Part shown: piece by piece, positions 47,231 to 59,400 of the stretch | How the letters are laid out: every line of letters begins with the position of its first letter | How positions within the stretch are numbered: the first letter of the stretch is position 1 | DNA from: Macrostomum hystrix | Taxonomy: Eukaryota > Animalia > Platyhelminthes | Reading direction: 5' to 3' | Assembly (NCBI GenBank): GCA_950097015.1 | Contig: CATNEN010000010.1 | Coordinates: forward strand, 868,001-932,000 | DNA: 64,000 nt | Notes under the pieces: model-generated | What the model was told of the DNA's origin: nothing | What the model saw: the letters and a program-made list of their open reading frames with translations, nothing else | The model's database searches: none | Made by a program: the position numbers and the translations under genes

Positions 47231-48749
47231 ATATTAAATGAATTCTGAAAAGCTGCTCGCGGCCTATGGAAGTGCGGAGCAATAGCTGCGGCTGTGCCAC
47301 TGACTGCACACCTCACCTAACTGGGTAAGGTGTGATTTTAGCCTTTCTTAAGCTTTGTATAATTTGACAGATAAAAAGGAACCCTATAGAAATAAACTCA
47401 ATCGATATAGAGGCCTAAGATCCGCAAGTCTATTTGATTGTTGTCAGGCAGGCATGCAATCACTTATTCGAGCTGTCTGAAACTTACCCTCTCCGGGCGG
47501 GCCGCTAGCAGCGCCTCGCGAAGCGGAGGGGCCACCCGGCGGCTCTGGCGGTCTTGGTCCCGGCGGACTGCGAGCTGTCCCGCTGCCGCCCCTCCGCTGT
47601 CGGTTCCTAGGGAGGGCGGCTTTCTGGCAGGCGGTTAAATGCTGCGCGCCTTTGTTTTGCAGCAGCCACCCCAGTCTCCCCACCCGCTCTGCTTGCTGGG
47701 TAGCGACGAGATGGAGCGACAGAAATTTCTGGGAGAACTTGAGCCTACCATTTCATATGCGTTGCCATGGCAACAATTTGCAGGCGCCTACCCAGGAGAA
47801 GAGATTCCACCGCTACTGCTGCCATGGGCTGTACTGCCACCGCTGGGTATCTCTTCCACTGCCTGTACAATGCGATCAATTTGTTTATAGAGTTGCCATA
47901 GGCAACAAGGAAAACAACAGCCCACTGGGCGTACTCTGCTCCCCAGCCTCTTGAGGGACTGGCGCTCTGTTTCCCCACATTCAGCTGCCCACGGCTCTTC
48001 TGATTCTGGAATTTTTATCGATTGATATTTTTTTAGCTCCTGCCCCGGCGCCCGCTATGCCCCAGCCGATTGGGACGATTGCCGCTCCAGCTGCCAGTTC
48101 ACGGGGCCAGCGTAGACAATGGCCCACCCACCCCACACAACTGCGTTGAGCTGCAGCAGCAGCAGCAGCAGCAGGTCCGGAGAGCTTGGCCTAAAAGCTC
48201 CCAATTGTTAGTGGCCGTGCCAACATGCGAGCAGGAAGACGAGAGGCAGCAGCGGCATTGTTCCCCAACCTGCAGGAAGCTGCCTGGCTGGCGCTTCGTG
48301 TGAATTGAAACCGGAGGCCGCAGGAGGCCGTGTTTGCTTCTCATCAGCAAGGCCTCCCAGCCTGGGATCTCTATAGTAAACAATGCCACTGTCAGGCAGG
48401 TGTCAGTGCAGAAGGTGGGGTTTTGCAAGAGATGAAAAATGATGGGCGAGAGAAGAAGATAATTCAGAACAAAAATTTAACCTTGAGAATTGTTCCCAGA
48501 GGCTGACATCTGTCAATGCTGGGAAATTCCCACGCTGGCGCCGCGCCCCAAGCTCAATTCTCACACCGTTGCTCCGAGTTGAGTGACAGTTCAGAAAGTT
48601 TTCTGCAACCAGAGGAAGTAAAGAAAAACATTTGAGAACACAACTCAGAAACCATTTATTTTATCGTCTCTCTAAAAAGCAGTTCGGCCAGGCGAAACAG
48701 GAACACGCAGGCAGGGAATTGATTGGGAAGACGATAAAAAGACCAAGTA

Positions 48750-49290
48750 ATGAGAAGGGGCAAATCGGGAAAAGGGGAAAAATTCGAAATGGCGGAAGAA
48801 TTGGGAACAGAAGAAACGAGAAGGGGGAACGAGAAGGAGATAAATGGGAAGGGGAGAAACGGGGAGGGGAGGAATGGAAGGGCAGATATGGGAAGAGTAG
48901 AAATTGGAAGGGAGAATCAGTGAAGGGGAGAAATAGGAAGGGTAAAATCGGGAAAAGGGTAGAAATGTGAAGGGGAAAAATAGGAGGGGAGATGGGACGG
49001 GGAGAAATGGGACGGGGAGAAATGGGACGGGGAGAAATATGACGGGGAGAAATGGGAATTGGAGAAATAGGAAGGGGAGAAATGGGAAGGGGAGAAATGG
49101 GAAGGGGAGAAATGGGACGGGTAGAAATGGGAAGAGGAGAAATAGGAATGGGAGAAATAGGAAGGGGGAGAAATGGGAAGGGGAGAAATGGGAAGGGGAG
49201 AAATGGGACGGGTAGAAATGGGAAGGAGAGAAATGGGACGGGTAGAAATGGGAAGGGCGGAAACAGGAAGGGGAGAAACGGGATGTGAGC
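48750..49290 (+). repeat. Polypurine low-complexity tract with a 15-bp core unit
   Basis: Core GGGGAGAAAT(G/A)GGA(A/C) repeated; the + strand is strongly purine-biased. Confidence 0.9.
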
Positions 49291-49768
49291 GACAATAGAA
49301 TACGAATGTGAGGCAGGGATGGTGGATCAACAGAGGCCAGCGGGTGGCCGTGATGGCACCAGAGTCGCTGCCATCGCAGAGTTTTGAGTCCATTTCATTT
49401 ATTACTTTGTTATCTGTGTAACGCAGCCAAAGGCTGATATAGCAATGCGGGCAAACACCAAAAAGCAGCTTTGAAAAGGAAGTAAATTAAGTCGCCAATA
49501 GCGGGAATGCCGAACGTGTGAAAAGCTAGGCTAAATAAGCTACCAAAGAAGCTGATAAAACCAGCAAAAATCAGCGAACAGTGACTCACTCATCCAGTAA
49601 CGCAATGAAAAATACAGCAAAATGTTGACAAGTTATATAAAAAAAATAGGAAAAATAGATTCACATGGTGCGGTCAGGTAGTACAAAATATGCGAGCATG
49701 CAGGTGTGAAATTGTGCGATAATTGCAAATCAGCTCAGCTAATTATACCAAAAATACTCCGCACAGCC

Positions 49769-49950
49769 GTTACAACTGGAATCAGAGCAATGCGAGTTGG
49801 AGAAAAATATTACTAAATAGATTGATCAGCTACTGGGAAGGTCGCGAGTTCGAATATTTTGTTACAACTGGAATCATAGCAATGCGAGTTGAAGAAAAAT
49901 GTTCCTAAATGGATTGATTGCGACCTACTGGGGAGGTCGCAAATCGAGTC
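49769..49950 (+). repeat. 92-bp diverged direct duplication
   Basis: GTTACAACTGGAATCA(G/T)AGCAATGCGAGTTG...CTACTGG(G)AGGTCGC starts at 49769 and again at 49861. Confidence 0.85.
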
Positions 49951-50443
49951 TTTCTGAGACTTTCAAAAACAGATATAAGCTGGTCATTTCAGCACAAATG
50001 TGCCAAAATTGAAAAGTGAATGACACAGCATGTCAGTCGATGACGCGGGCATGTGATGGCGGTTTTGAAGCGCCTGCGCTTTGGTCGAATCGCAGAGAGA
50101 AATAACACAAAATCTAGAACTTTGCCGCCACAATCAACTTAATGTACAAATTATTGCTTTGAAGCTGTCTGAATGCGAGCCAGTCTACTGGCAGTAGGGC
50201 TATGCGCGAGTAGCAAGGTGAGCGACAATAATTAGCATAGCGGAGTTGAAGCAGAATTGTGCTTGTCTTAACCCCAATTTAATGCTTTGTTTGGAGCTAA
50301 AATCACTTCGAATCAGACTTTTGGAAGACTAGGAACAGTCATTGCTCTCACTTCGTTTATCCAATCTAAAGTCTTCGAAAAGTACAGCCCTAAACTCTAC
50401 TGACAGAAATTGAATTAGGCGAACCATCGAAAGCTGCCGATGT

Positions 50444-53388
50444 CTATGGTCCGAACCGGTCTCCAACAAGGCAGACGCCACCGCCTCTGCCACGCTCGTC
50501 CGCCGGCTCCCTTCGCCAGCCCAATAGCTCCTTTGAGGCGATGGCTGACTGTTGAACCTCTTCGTCAGTGGCGGCCGCGGCGTGGGGTGCGGCGACCAAC
50601 ACGGCGTCAGCCCACTCAGACGGCAGGCGCAAAGCCAGAGGGCGCAGGAAAACAGCACCGGGGGGCCCGGCGCTGATCACGCGTCGTTGTCCGCCGTCGA
50701 GGCTCAGAACAGCCAGCCGGAGCTGCCGCAGCCGCCCAGTCGGCAGGGCGCCCGCCGGCACCTCCAGGGCAACGCCGGAGCGGGGACAGCGCAGCATGCC
50801 ACCGGACGAGTCGAAGAGGCCGCTGCACCGATCCACTACGACAACCTTCGCCGAATTGGACGGAGCCGCTTGAGGCACCGGACGGGCTGGTACATTGTCG
50901 TAGGGATCTTCAGCATCATCGCCGCCACCAGCCCCATTGCCGTTAACGCGCGCAGCTCTGGACTGGCCGACAAGCAGTTCCACTTGACGGCGGAGGAATT
51001 CGTCTCGGCCGCCACCGCCGCCGCTGCTGCTTGACGGCGTATCGGCAGCCGTCACCGTCGGCCGGAGGTGCGCAGGCGGGCTGGTGTCCAGTACGAAGTC
51101 GTCGTCATCCTCTTCGTTATTGAATTGGCCGATGATGTTCATTCGGCCACTGGCTGACTGCGGTAGCGGCTGATGGCGGCTGCTGCCGGGCATCGGCAGG
51201 GTGGAGAAAGTTTGCAGCTCCTCATCAGGACTCGGCTCTGCTTTTCAGTGGCAAGTGGCAAGTTTCAAACTCACTGATAAGCGGAAAAAGCGAGCCTCCC
51301 GATATGTATAGAAAAAAAGCTGAACTCACGAGCTAGGTTGGGCTCAGAGAGCACTCGGGGCGGCCGGTCACCCTGCGCCTCGCCCAGCCAGAGCAGCTGG
51401 CCTTGCTCCAGGTCGATGAGCCGCTCAAGGCCGCGCAGCACGTGACCGAGGTCCGGCTGCTCCACGGTGCACACGTTGGTGAAGAGGTGGGCGCAGAGGC
51501 GCTCCAGTTGGAGGCACTCCTGATGCAGCCGCTTTGAGCCGGGAGTTCTGCGGATCTTCTTGATGACCTGGCGGCTGCCCGCCCGGAACAGCAGCACAAT
51601 GGGAGCCAGCTGGGCGTAGCAGAGCCGGTCAACAGCCACCGGATTCAGGTCCAGCACTGGGTGCCGGCCGCGGGCCATCACCGACTTAATGGCTGACAGT
51701 TTCACCTGGGTATGGTCGCGTGTTCGAATTAATAATTTTACGAAAGCTTACGCGCAGTTTCTATTGAAATTACCAAAAGCAGTGTTCCCTGCATACTCCC
51801 GCCTACGGCTCCTCACCGACTGCGCTGCCTGCGGCGGTAGCTCGAACCTGTCCGGCAGGCTGTCCAGGAGATGCTGCCGAATTAAGTCGGCAAACGGGCC
51901 GAACACCACCACGGGCCGCGGGAAGGCCGCCCGCCGCAGGGCCACCCGCTCGTAGGGCGGAAACGCCGTGGCTAGATCACGCCCGGCAGCGGCGGCCGCC
52001 ATCGCCAGCTGCTCCGCCCGGTGTTGATTCGGAATGAGGCTGACTGTAGCCTCCGCTGGCGGCGGGTGGACACGGACGGCCTCCCAGGCGCCGACGACGC
52101 CACCGGAAAGAGTGTCCTGCACCAGGAAGACGTCGCCGCGACGAATCACAGTCTCGCCAGGCGCCGGCTTGGCGAGGTTGAAGTGTGCCCGCACGTGGAA
52201 CCGATCGCCAGGCTGCCGACCTGCGGCGAAGGCCCGATAGCCGGCGGGGTCAGGCAGCACAGACAGACGGAGCGGCCTCGGCGGCATGGACTGCGGCAGC
52301 AGGGCCAGCAGGGCCACCTCCTTGGTGGCGCGGACTAGGCTGCGACCGTCGACAGCCACCAGTCTGTCGCCTGGGCGGATGCCGGCGCGGTCTGCCGGGC
52401 CGCCCGGCGTCACCTGACGCACGAAGATGCCGGCAGCGTTGCCGCCGTCCAGCCGGACGCCGATGGAGCCGTTGGGATCTGGCGACACCTGGCGAATTTG
52501 CTCCGACCCCGACGGAGCGTGTGGGGCGGCGGTCGACAGCGCCTCCGCAGATTTGAACCGCCCTGACGCCATCGCCGGCTGTGGTGGCGGCTCGAGCCGA
52601 TGTTCCACAGTGGTCGATGGCAGCTGCACCGGCTCGGCCCGGTGGTGCCCAGTAGTCGCAAAGCCGTTTTGCAGCCGCTGCTCGTTAGGCTGCGGGTTCG
52701 GTCGAAATCGTAGGCTGAGCGACTGAGCTGAGTCCAGCAGCCGAGTAAGTCGGGCCGGCGACGCCAGCTGACTGAGCTGGAGGCCATTGACTTGGTCGAG
52801 CGACTTCGACACGACCAGCTGGCTGTTGAGCAGCTCGGGCGAGCGGACAACAAAGGTCACGTGAACTTGCAATGCGCCGTCGTCGCCGTCATCTTCCAGG
52901 TCGGCAGCCGACCTGTCGTAATCCTCGTCTAGCTCTTCTACATCGTCGCCGTCGTCGGAGTCGTCTACATCGCTAACTCCAGCGGTGCCGTTGATGAATC
53001 GAGAAGAGGACATTGTGGCGGTTGTCAGAGGTCGCTCAATCAGCAGTCGGACGGTGGGGGTTCGCTGCATCTCCGCTACGGCTGCGTCGTGGGTGGCGCG
53101 ACGGAGCGAAACGCCGTTGCAGGCCAGCAGCCGGTCGCCGATGCGCAGCCGACCCTCCGCTGGGCCACCTTCAATAACGTCGCTGATGAACAATCCACCG
53201 GCTTCATCGGGATCGACGCCCGCTCCGACTGCGCCGCTAACCGGCAGACTGTCGACTCCACCCGAGACGGCGATGCCAAGGCCGAAGTCCGGCGCCCGAT
53301 GGAGCGTCACCGACAGCTGCTGCGGCAGCGGCTTCTGCTGGCGTCGGCTGCCGTTCGTGGCGCCTCCGTTGCTGCCGCCGAAGCTCAT
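50444..53388 (-). CDS. TJP1: Zonula occludens ZO-1/polychaetoid-like MAGUK (PDZ-PDZ-PDZ-SH3-GUK-ZU5), ~899 aa
   Basis: Exons 53388-51817, 51705-51372 and 51237-50444 total 2700 nt. PDZ1 VTLHRAPDFGLGIAVSGG; PDZ3 SIGVRLDGGNAAGIFV; SH3 GDRFHVRAHF; GUK PYERVALRRAAFPRPVVVFGP; ZU5 GLFDSSGGML..SGVALEVPAG. An upstream exon is possible. Confidence 0.92.
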
Positions 53389-53547
53389 GAGAGTGCGCAG
53401 CGAAGCGCAGTCTGGAATGCGGAACCAGTGATGAACTGACTCGATACCTACTGTGTGCCCACAAGCGCTCGGAGGTCCCAACAAAGATGGCTCGGAGGCT
53501 GTTAAGACATTTCTATGAAGAAACTCCCGGTTATAACGGGCCGGCTT

Positions 53548-53912
53548 TGTGAAGTGCTGTAAGGGTTTGTGAAGTGCTGCAAGGGTTTGTGAAGTGTTGT
53601 AAGGGTTTGTGAAGTGTTGTAAGGGTTTGTGAAGTGCTGCAAGGGTTTGTGAAGTGCTGTAAGGGTTTGTGAAGTGTTGTAAGAGTCTGTGAAGTGCTGT
53701 AAGGGGTATGTGAAGTGCTGTAAGGGTTTGTAAAGTGCTGTAAGGGTTTGTGAAGTGTTGTAAGAGTCTGTGAAGTGCTGTAAGGGGTATGTGAAGTGCT
53801 GTAAGGGTTTGTGAAGTGTTGTAAGAGTCTGTGAAGTGCTGTAAGGGGTATGTGAAGTGCTGTAAGGGTTTGTGAAGTGCTGTAAGGGTTTGTGAAGTGC
53901 TGTAAGGGTTTG
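53548..53912 (+). repeat. 20-bp minisatellite, ~18 copies
   Basis: Unit GTGAAGTG(C/T)TG(T/C)AAGGGTTT with variants, immediately 5' of the ZO-1 coding region. Confidence 0.95.
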
Positions 53913-54665
53913 TAATGTTTTTCTCTGTTAAATAAAGCTAAATACATAATATTAAATTACCCAATTTTTTCTGAGAACACAAACTAAAATTTGCGAAAAG
54001 GAGGTAAAAAAAGAAATAACACGAAAAGCTAAAAACCATAAAACTGAAATCGATTTCAGCAAATAAAATTGTGATTGAATCAATCAAGTCACTTGTAAAG
54101 AAAGTTTAGGAAAATGACCCGCGCAGCGGTTAAGGTGGAAATAATATGAAACAATAATTCTCACAGCCTAAAGTGTTTAGCACTATCACAAAATTCCGAA
54201 GGGGAATTTTTAGTCATTAAAAATGGTAACGCAGAAAAAACTCGCGTCCTCCAGGATGTTCCGGCCAAGAGTCACTCTGCCTCCACAAGCCGCAGGGCCT
54301 CGGACATTGTTAGCGACCTTGGCCTGTGCCGCTCAATGAACTGCAAGAAAAACAGCACGTGGATGGGGGTTGCAGCTTAGAATCGAAGCAATCAGGCCCT
54401 AGCAACCAGATAATAGAAGTCGAAACATTCAGCTTTGGTAACGAGCGTAGCCGTAAAATACTCTAATTGAGAGCGCGCCTTATCTTTCCGTACCCACATC
54501 ACATTTATGATTAGGAGTGGCAGCAGGTGAAAAAAACTAATTGCGGATTTAAAACTTTAAAAAAATCTTATCGCATAAAACAATGCCTATAAATAGAAGA
54601 CGGAGCAGCGGCGGGACAGTCAAGTCAACTCGGAGAAGACTCGAACTCTGGAGCTTCAGCCAAAC

Positions 54666-55775
54666 ATGTCGGACAAGCGAATCGTTCTACTTTACCTGTT
54701 CGCCTGCGCGATCGCCCTGTCAACTGCGGCGCCCAATCCGGTCGCTCCGCCAAAACTTTCAGCCGGCGATGTGAAAAAAGTAGCTGCGGCAATCGCGGCC
54801 GTTGCTCCGAAGACAGCTCCGGCCGCTGCTCTAAAGGCAGCTCCGGCCGCTGCTCCGGCCGCTGCTCCGAAGGCAGCTCCGGCGGCTGCTCCGGTGGCGG
54901 CTGTTCAGCCGGTGTCGAAGCAGCTGGCCTCCGTTAACCAATGCAGTCAAGGCGGCCAGTGGGTGCGCTACAATCAGAACTGCTACCTGTACCACGAGCA
55001 GGACGAGTACTGGTACGTGGCCGAGCAAGAGTGCAAGAAGTACGGCGGTCACCTGGTCAGCATCGCGGACGAAAATGAGAACTCATTCGTGGCCAAGCTG
55101 ACCTACTGCGAGAGCGCCTTCACTGGCCGGTACGCGATCGACGTTGACAAGCTATCGAGCCCGACTAACTATCGATGGACTGACGGCACCGCCTCTGGCT
55201 ATTACTCGCATGACTTCACCAGCATCAGCAGCATTCACGAGCCGCTGATCTCCGTGGTGAATCTTAAATGGCGCAACAATGTCTACCACAGTCGGGACAG
55301 GTACATCTGCAAGGCCAAGTACGTGAGCGGCGGCGGTCAGAATGGTACCTGCGATCCAGGCTGGACTCTGGTTGGCAAGAACTGCTACCTGATGCCGCAG
55401 CCCAGTGTTATGTTCATCGAGGCCAACTTCTACTGCAGCGGCCGGGCGGCGCACCTGGTAACCATCTACAGCGAGCAGGAGCTCAGAGCTTTGAGCTTGC
55501 TCGACCTGGAAAGCAAAGGCTGCCCGGCGCAGGTGTGGGTGGGCCTGATCAAGCTCAACCCGTGCCGCGAGGACTTCGCCACCGGCAAAAAGATCTGCTA
55601 CAAGTGGGCGGACAGGGAGGAGGAGTACCACGACGGCAAGTTCCCAGCCTGGCACCCGGGCAGCCCGGACGAGGGCGAGAGGACCAACTGCGTCCTGCTG
55701 CAGGACCGCGCCATGCGCACAGTTGACTGCTACGAGAGGCACCGCTTCATCTGCAAGAAGCCGGCCAGGTTCTGA
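54666..55775 (+). CDS. Secreted C-type lectin with two CTLDs, intronless, 369 aa
   Basis: Signal peptide, Ala/Pro/Lys AAPA repeats, CTLD1 (CSQGGQW..NCY..AEQECKKYGGHLVSI..EN.FV) and CTLD2 (CDPGW..KNCY..ANFYC..AHLVTI..VWVGL..C..YRFICK-type pattern). Confidence 0.92.
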   Translation: MSDKRIVLLYLFACAIALSTAAPNPVAPPKLSAGDVKKVAAAIAAVAPKTAPAAALKAAPAAAPAAAPKAAPAAAPVAAVQPVSKQLASVNQCSQGGQWVRYNQNCYLYHEQDEYWYVAEQECKKYGGHLVSIADENENSFVAKLTYCESAFTGRYAIDVDKLSSPTNYRWTDGTASGYYSHDFTSISSIHEPLISVVNLKWRNNVYHSRDRYICKAKYVSGGGQNGTCDPGWTLVGKNCYLMPQPSVMFIEANFYCSGRAAHLVTIYSEQELRALSLLDLESKGCPAQVWVGLIKLNPCREDFATGKKICYKWADREEEYHDGKFPAWHPGSPDEGERTNCVLLQDRAMRTVDCYERHRFICKKPARF

Positions 55776-56439
55776 AAGCTGAGACTGGACTAAATCCCCC
55801 CTAGTGTCTAATTACCTGATCAATCCAGACTATTTGCCACAATTTTGATTATGCTCAAACTAAATTAATGTTCTTTTCGTTCATCAAATATAGCAGAAAA
55901 TAGCCTAGACCCCCTGTAATCGGCATACTTAGTTGTAGTATTGAAATAGTTAAGGCTTTTGACTTGTTTAATGCTAAGGCAGGCTCCGCTGATTTGCTTA
56001 TACATTTACTCATTTTCTCATTTCAGTACCTTCAACCCATTTACTAATAGCCGTGGTCACATGGCGTTTTTTGCTCGAAGCAAAACAAAGTGAAGCTAGC
56101 TCGTTAAAATCTGAATAAAACTGTCAAAGCTCAATAAAGCACCACCTTTTCTCACTCTTTATCTGACCTGACAACTGGCCTGCGAGTGAAGGAGAGTATA
56201 CTCGTACAAACTCACAAACATTATCGTTGCCTTTCATTCGACCTCCACACACTTGCGGATGTCAAGCCTAAATTGATAAGGAGACAGTTAAACACACAAC
56301 ACAGCACCGACCGGAGCAGCTATCTGTTTACTTAAAATGCTCGTAGGAGCAATAGATTAGATAAAACTGTTCAACTGGGGGGGGGGCGCCTCAATGGCCG
56401 CAGAGCCAATTTGGGCCAATTTGAGCCGACATTGCTCAC

Positions 56440-59400
56440 CTCTCGGGTGTCCTCAACTGTGGTGTACCGGTGCTGGCCGGGCTCCCGGCGCAGCGAGTCC
56501 ACAGCGCCCTGGTAGAGCCGCCGCTGCGAGGCCAGGAAGGCCGCAGTCAGGGCCAGCTGATCCCGCACTAGCGAGTTCAGCGCCGCGCTGGCCGGCGTGT
56601 AGGCGGTGACAGCTTCCAGGGCGTCGGCAGACACTGTCAGGCTGGCGATGGGGGTCGGGTCCACCGAGCCGAGGCCGAGGCCGCGGCCAGCTGTGGCCTG
56701 CCCGAATCCGACCGGGTCCCACTGGTAACGAAGGCCGCCGGCAGCATCGGCCAGCTGCGTCTGGACCTCCACGCTGCGCTGACGGCGCGAGCTGCGGAGG
56801 CGGCGGTGTGACGGAGGGGGGGAATAACGAAACTAATAGGCTCGCAGAGGGGCTGTGGATGATGATGCATCGCTAGGCGACTCTGCTCATTTCGCTGACC
56901 ACTGAGCACGCGCACACACACTCACACAGTGGATATGCGAGGAAGGTACGCACTGGCACAGCAGTGTACATAGCCTTGATCTTCTCTTCGTTAGGCACAG
57001 CAGTAAACAAGCTTAAGAGCAAAGCTATAAAATTCTCTACATGCCTACTATAAGTAGTTGAAGGAAGAGCGAAGTAATTGAAGAATATTATTAATTAATA
57101 ATTAATTAATATAAGAAATGTCTATACTATATCTATATTTAAAGAGCAATGTGCGGGCCCAACCAATAAATTAAATAAAGGTGAAATATGACAGCTTTGG
57201 GTTGCTGTGTTGCAGTATTTGTATAGCTTGAAAAAGAGACCAGTCATAAAGAAATATTTCATTTAGAAAAAAAAATCGAAAGCCGTCAGTCTGACTAAGG
57301 ACCCAGAACTGTCTATGGCCCAAAGCTGGATTACTCATGAGCCCAGCTACAATCTATGGTAAAATTCGCTTCTGACCTGTAGCGAGGACTCGGACTCCGA
57401 CTATGATAGCGACGGCTGCGTCGGCGCCTGCCGCGGTCGCGGCTGCTGCTGCTCCTGCTACTAGCAGTTGTTGACGTGGCACTCGAAGCGGTGGTCGCGC
57501 TGCGGCTGACACTACGGTCACTACTGGCGGTGCGGCTGGGACTGCGGCTGCCACTGCTGCTACGGCTGCGAGCGCGGCTGGTTCGAATCTCTTCGCGCAC
57601 CGTCGAATTGGACGATGTTGACGAAGTATTGGAATCCCAGCTGCTGCGCCGCTGCGACTCGCTGTCGCCCCGCCTGGGCGACTCCGCGTTGTTGTCATCG
57701 AAGTCCTGCGTGTAGCTCGGCGCCGCCTCCGCCTCGAAGTCGGAATCGTAACGATCCGAGGCTTCGGCGGTCGAAATCTCTTCGGCAACGCTGCGGTCAA
57801 AGTCGACGTCCTCTTCCACCTCGTCAGCTTCGTCGGCCTCCGCTGCGGCGATCTTTTTTTCTTCCTCGACATCCCTGATGTCGTCTTCTTCCTCGACGGC
57901 GGCGGCGGAGAGCTCGTCAAAATCTAGAATGATGTTCTGCCGGCCGCCTGCTTCATCGCCGCTGGCCGCGTCGCCGTCGCCGTCCGAGGAGGATCCGACA
58001 CGGCCGACGCCGCCGTCATCATCGGCAATTGTTGTTCCGCCGACAACTGTGTCGCTACGTCGCGTCGGCGGTTCGTCGGTATCGATGGAATCAAACTGGC
58101 GACTGGTCTCAAGCAGGCCGGGCGCGTCTGCGCCCTGCTCAGAAAGAATAAAAATAAATCAAATGCTAACAAACTACTCATAGTAGGAGCAGAGCGCGAG
58201 CACACATTTCGATGTATCCAAGGCCAAGTGGCTTTAATATATTGGCGAAGAGACAGGAAAACTTAGGGCAGAACGAGTTCGAGTCTGAAAGAATATACAT
58301 AGACAAGATTTTATGCTCGCGAGACTAATTATTCTGGGCTGGAACGGCCCCGCCCAATGGGCCCGTGGCCGGATGTGAATCTGAGCGGGGTTGGCGAGGG
58401 GGGGAAAGTTGCCGAGCCCGAGGCGAAAGCTGAGGTGACTGATGGGGCAGGCATCGGGAGAGAGGGTCCGCTGTGAGGTAATGCGATACCTGGACCTGCG
58501 CGAACTCTTAGTTAGGACTGGGTGTGAGAACAACTGCAGAAGATAGACTGGGCGAACAGTATTCAAATGGGCTGATAAATGCTCTGCCTCCATGAGCCCA
58601 ATAAGTTGCTCTATACGTGCCAAGGCTTCACGCCAATTTAGGGAACACGTCACCCTAAACTATGAGGCACTTCCCTAACCCATCAGACACTTCCCTAACC
58701 CATCAGACACTTCCCTAACCCATCATACACTTCCCTAACCCATCAGACACTTCCCTAACCCATCATACACTTCCCTAACCCATCAGACACTTCCCTAACC
58801 CATCATACACTTCCCTAACCCATCAGACACTTCCCTAACCCATCAGACACTTCCCTAACCCATCAGACACTTCCATAACCCATCAGACACTTCCCTAACC
58901 CATCAGACACTTCCCTAACCCGTTAGACACTTCCCTAACCCATCAGACACTTCCATAACCCATCAGACACTTCCCTAACCCGTTAGACACTTCCCTAACC
59001 CGTTAGACACTTCCCTAACCCATCAGACACTTCCCTAACCCATCAGACACTTCCCTAACCCGTTAGACACTTCCCTAACCCGTTAGACACTTCCCTAACC
59101 CATCAGACACTTCCCTAACCCATCAGACACTTCCATAACCCGTTAGACACTTCCCTAACCCGTTAGACACTTCCCTAACCCATCAGACACTTCCCTAACC
59201 CATCAGACACTTCCCTAACCCATCAGACACTTCCCTAACCCGTTAGACACTTCCATAACCCGTTAGACACTTCCCTAACCCGTTAGACACTTCCCTAACC
59301 CATCAGACACTTCCCTAACCCGTTAGACACTTCCCTAACCCATCAGACACTTCCCTAACCCATCAGACACTTCCCTAACCCATCAGACACTTCCATAACC

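Noticed and set aside
48632-49393. ORFs such as SHFSP/GRNGK repeats
   Set aside because: They are translations of the polypurine tract.
53531-53947. 138-aa ORF (TLTTLHKPLQHFTNP repeats)
   Set aside because: It is a translation of the 20-bp minisatellite.
58234-58653. Additional C19orf44-like exon
   Set aside because: The flanking exons join in phase without it and no convincing splice sites bound it; it may be a retroelement scrap.
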